From assembly GCA_013239625.1 (NCBI GenBank), contig MU053645.1:310001-374000 (forward strand): DNA of 64,000 nt. The letters run 5' to 3'. The notes beneath the pieces were generated by a model, which saw only the letters and a program-made list of their open reading frames with translations, did no database searches and was not told where the DNA came from. A program made the position numbers and the translations under genes. Shown here piece by piece: positions 62,815-64,000 of the stretch. This DNA is from Lama guanicoe (lineage: Eukaryota). Positions within the stretch are counted from its first letter, which is position 1; the number at the start of each line of letters is the position of its first letter.

Positions 62815-64000
62815 TAGGTGCTTTCTAAACACTGTGTGGTATTAACTTGCTTTACAAAAACCTTCCCTGCCCCCTCTTCCTCCAAGTCCTTGGCTTGATA
62901 ATTCACTGGACTAAATTTTTTGGCAAGATTTTTGTTTTCTGTTGACTTCTGTAAAGGTTCTAATCGACTCTGATTAAGCTGATCAACAGTTACTGTGGAT
63001 TGGCTGAGACTTTGTGAGTGCAGGGAGACATATTTACTTACAGTTTTGACTTTGGTGGCTGTATTTCTGTTAATGAATCCTTTACTTTTGTTATAGTATT
63101 TCACTAGAGGGTGGACAGGGAAGCATGAGAGGGGGCGTAATCTACTGTGGAATGTTGTCCACATCTCTGAATTCTTTCTCTTCTATCTTTATCTCTTCAC
63201 TGAGAGTAAAGGCAGTAATGGAACACACTCAAAGAATATTGAAAGAAAGTGTGAAGGGTAGCAAACAAAGAGTCTATAAAATGTCCTTTCCCTCCTCTTT
63301 TCTACCTTAACCTCAATGCCCTAGAAATTTATAGGTATAACTAATTCCAATCAGTGCAATCTTGGTAAGTATGGAACAAGCCTACTTATTCCTTATATAG
63401 CCTTTTCTGTGGTTCCTTTGGTACTTAAGACAATTTTATCCTGGTCTTCTGTGTAGAAGACCTTTTTATTTTAAAGGTGCCTGTTCTTTGTGCTGCCCAA
63501 AAGGTAGATTTCCTGATTGAAATTCTACACAATGGATTCTTCCTGTACCTCAAACTTTGATGAGAAATTTCAGTCCAATGACCTCAGCACAGTGTTGGAC
63601 ATATTGGATACAGTTCCCTCTCTCTTGACTTGTAACATGAAGGGGATGGTGGGCATATCTAATTTTATTCCATGTGAGTAAATTGTAAACAATGTGTTAA
63701 ATTTCCATGGTTGTGCATATCACCCCTGCCCCACACTTTTTAGGTCACAGACATCAGATTGCCTGGAAAAAGATTTTATTACTCCCCAAGGACAATTTAC
63801 TTGAATGGTGTCCAATATGTCCAGCTATTAGAGAAACGATTGGCAATGAATAGTTACAGATCCATGTAAAAAAATGTTTTTTGCATGCTTCACTTCAGGA
63901 GTGACTAGGGATCGTCTGACACCAGATGTATTCTCCAGTCATTTGTCATTTCACTGTCAGCACAATCACATGGCTAGTGCTAAGCACTGAAAAACTGAAG

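Larger units (their letters stand above)
57607..64000 (-). other. IL1RAPL2: 3' part of the last IL1RAPL2 intron, with splice acceptor AG at 57608-57607 and polypyrimidine tract at about 57609-57645
   Basis: Canonical acceptor. The preceding exon (YDAYLSY...KLFIPERD) was not found in the window. Confidence 0.85.

Noticed and set aside
62694..63164. 156-aa minus-strand intronic ORF with ATG
   Set aside because: Runs through a G14/(GT)n repeat; no similarity to IL1RAPL2 exons or any family I recognise, and no supporting splice or promoter context.
1..64000. Prokaryote-type systems (CRISPR arrays, operons, defence islands) or a novel multi-gene system
   Set aside because: The window is mammalian intergenic/intronic DNA with one coding exon; no repeat-spacer array or gene cluster was seen.

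Overview
This window is mammalian genomic DNA. It has one protein-coding segment: the final coding exon of IL1RAPL2 on the minus strand (56909-57606; C-terminal TIR domain plus the tail ending ...SFTSDIW*). Its 3'UTR lies to the left and part of the last intron to the right. A CpG-island promoter/5'UTR at the left edge is most likely the 5' end of NRK, inferred from conserved X-chromosome gene order (IL1RAPL2 then NRK, same strand); the NRK ATG would lie left of position 1. The ~52 kb between them is repeat-rich intergenic DNA. It holds a full-length decayed L1 with a target-site duplication (TSD), several young L1 3' ends, old L1M/L2/L3/MIR/MLT1/hAT relics and a tRNA-Ile-derived element. It also holds a compact class III (ERVL-type) provirus with two LTRs, a tRNA-Arg primer-binding site and what looks like an env remnant. 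The young-repeat profile suggests a laurasiatherian, most plausibly a camelid (inference). Almost all ORFs in the supplied track are spurious or repeat-derived. I found no convincing evidence of a new biological system; the best leads are the provirus, the nested insertion stack and a few candidate regulatory elements. Repeat subfamily names are from recalled consensus sequences, and most repeat boundaries are approximate.
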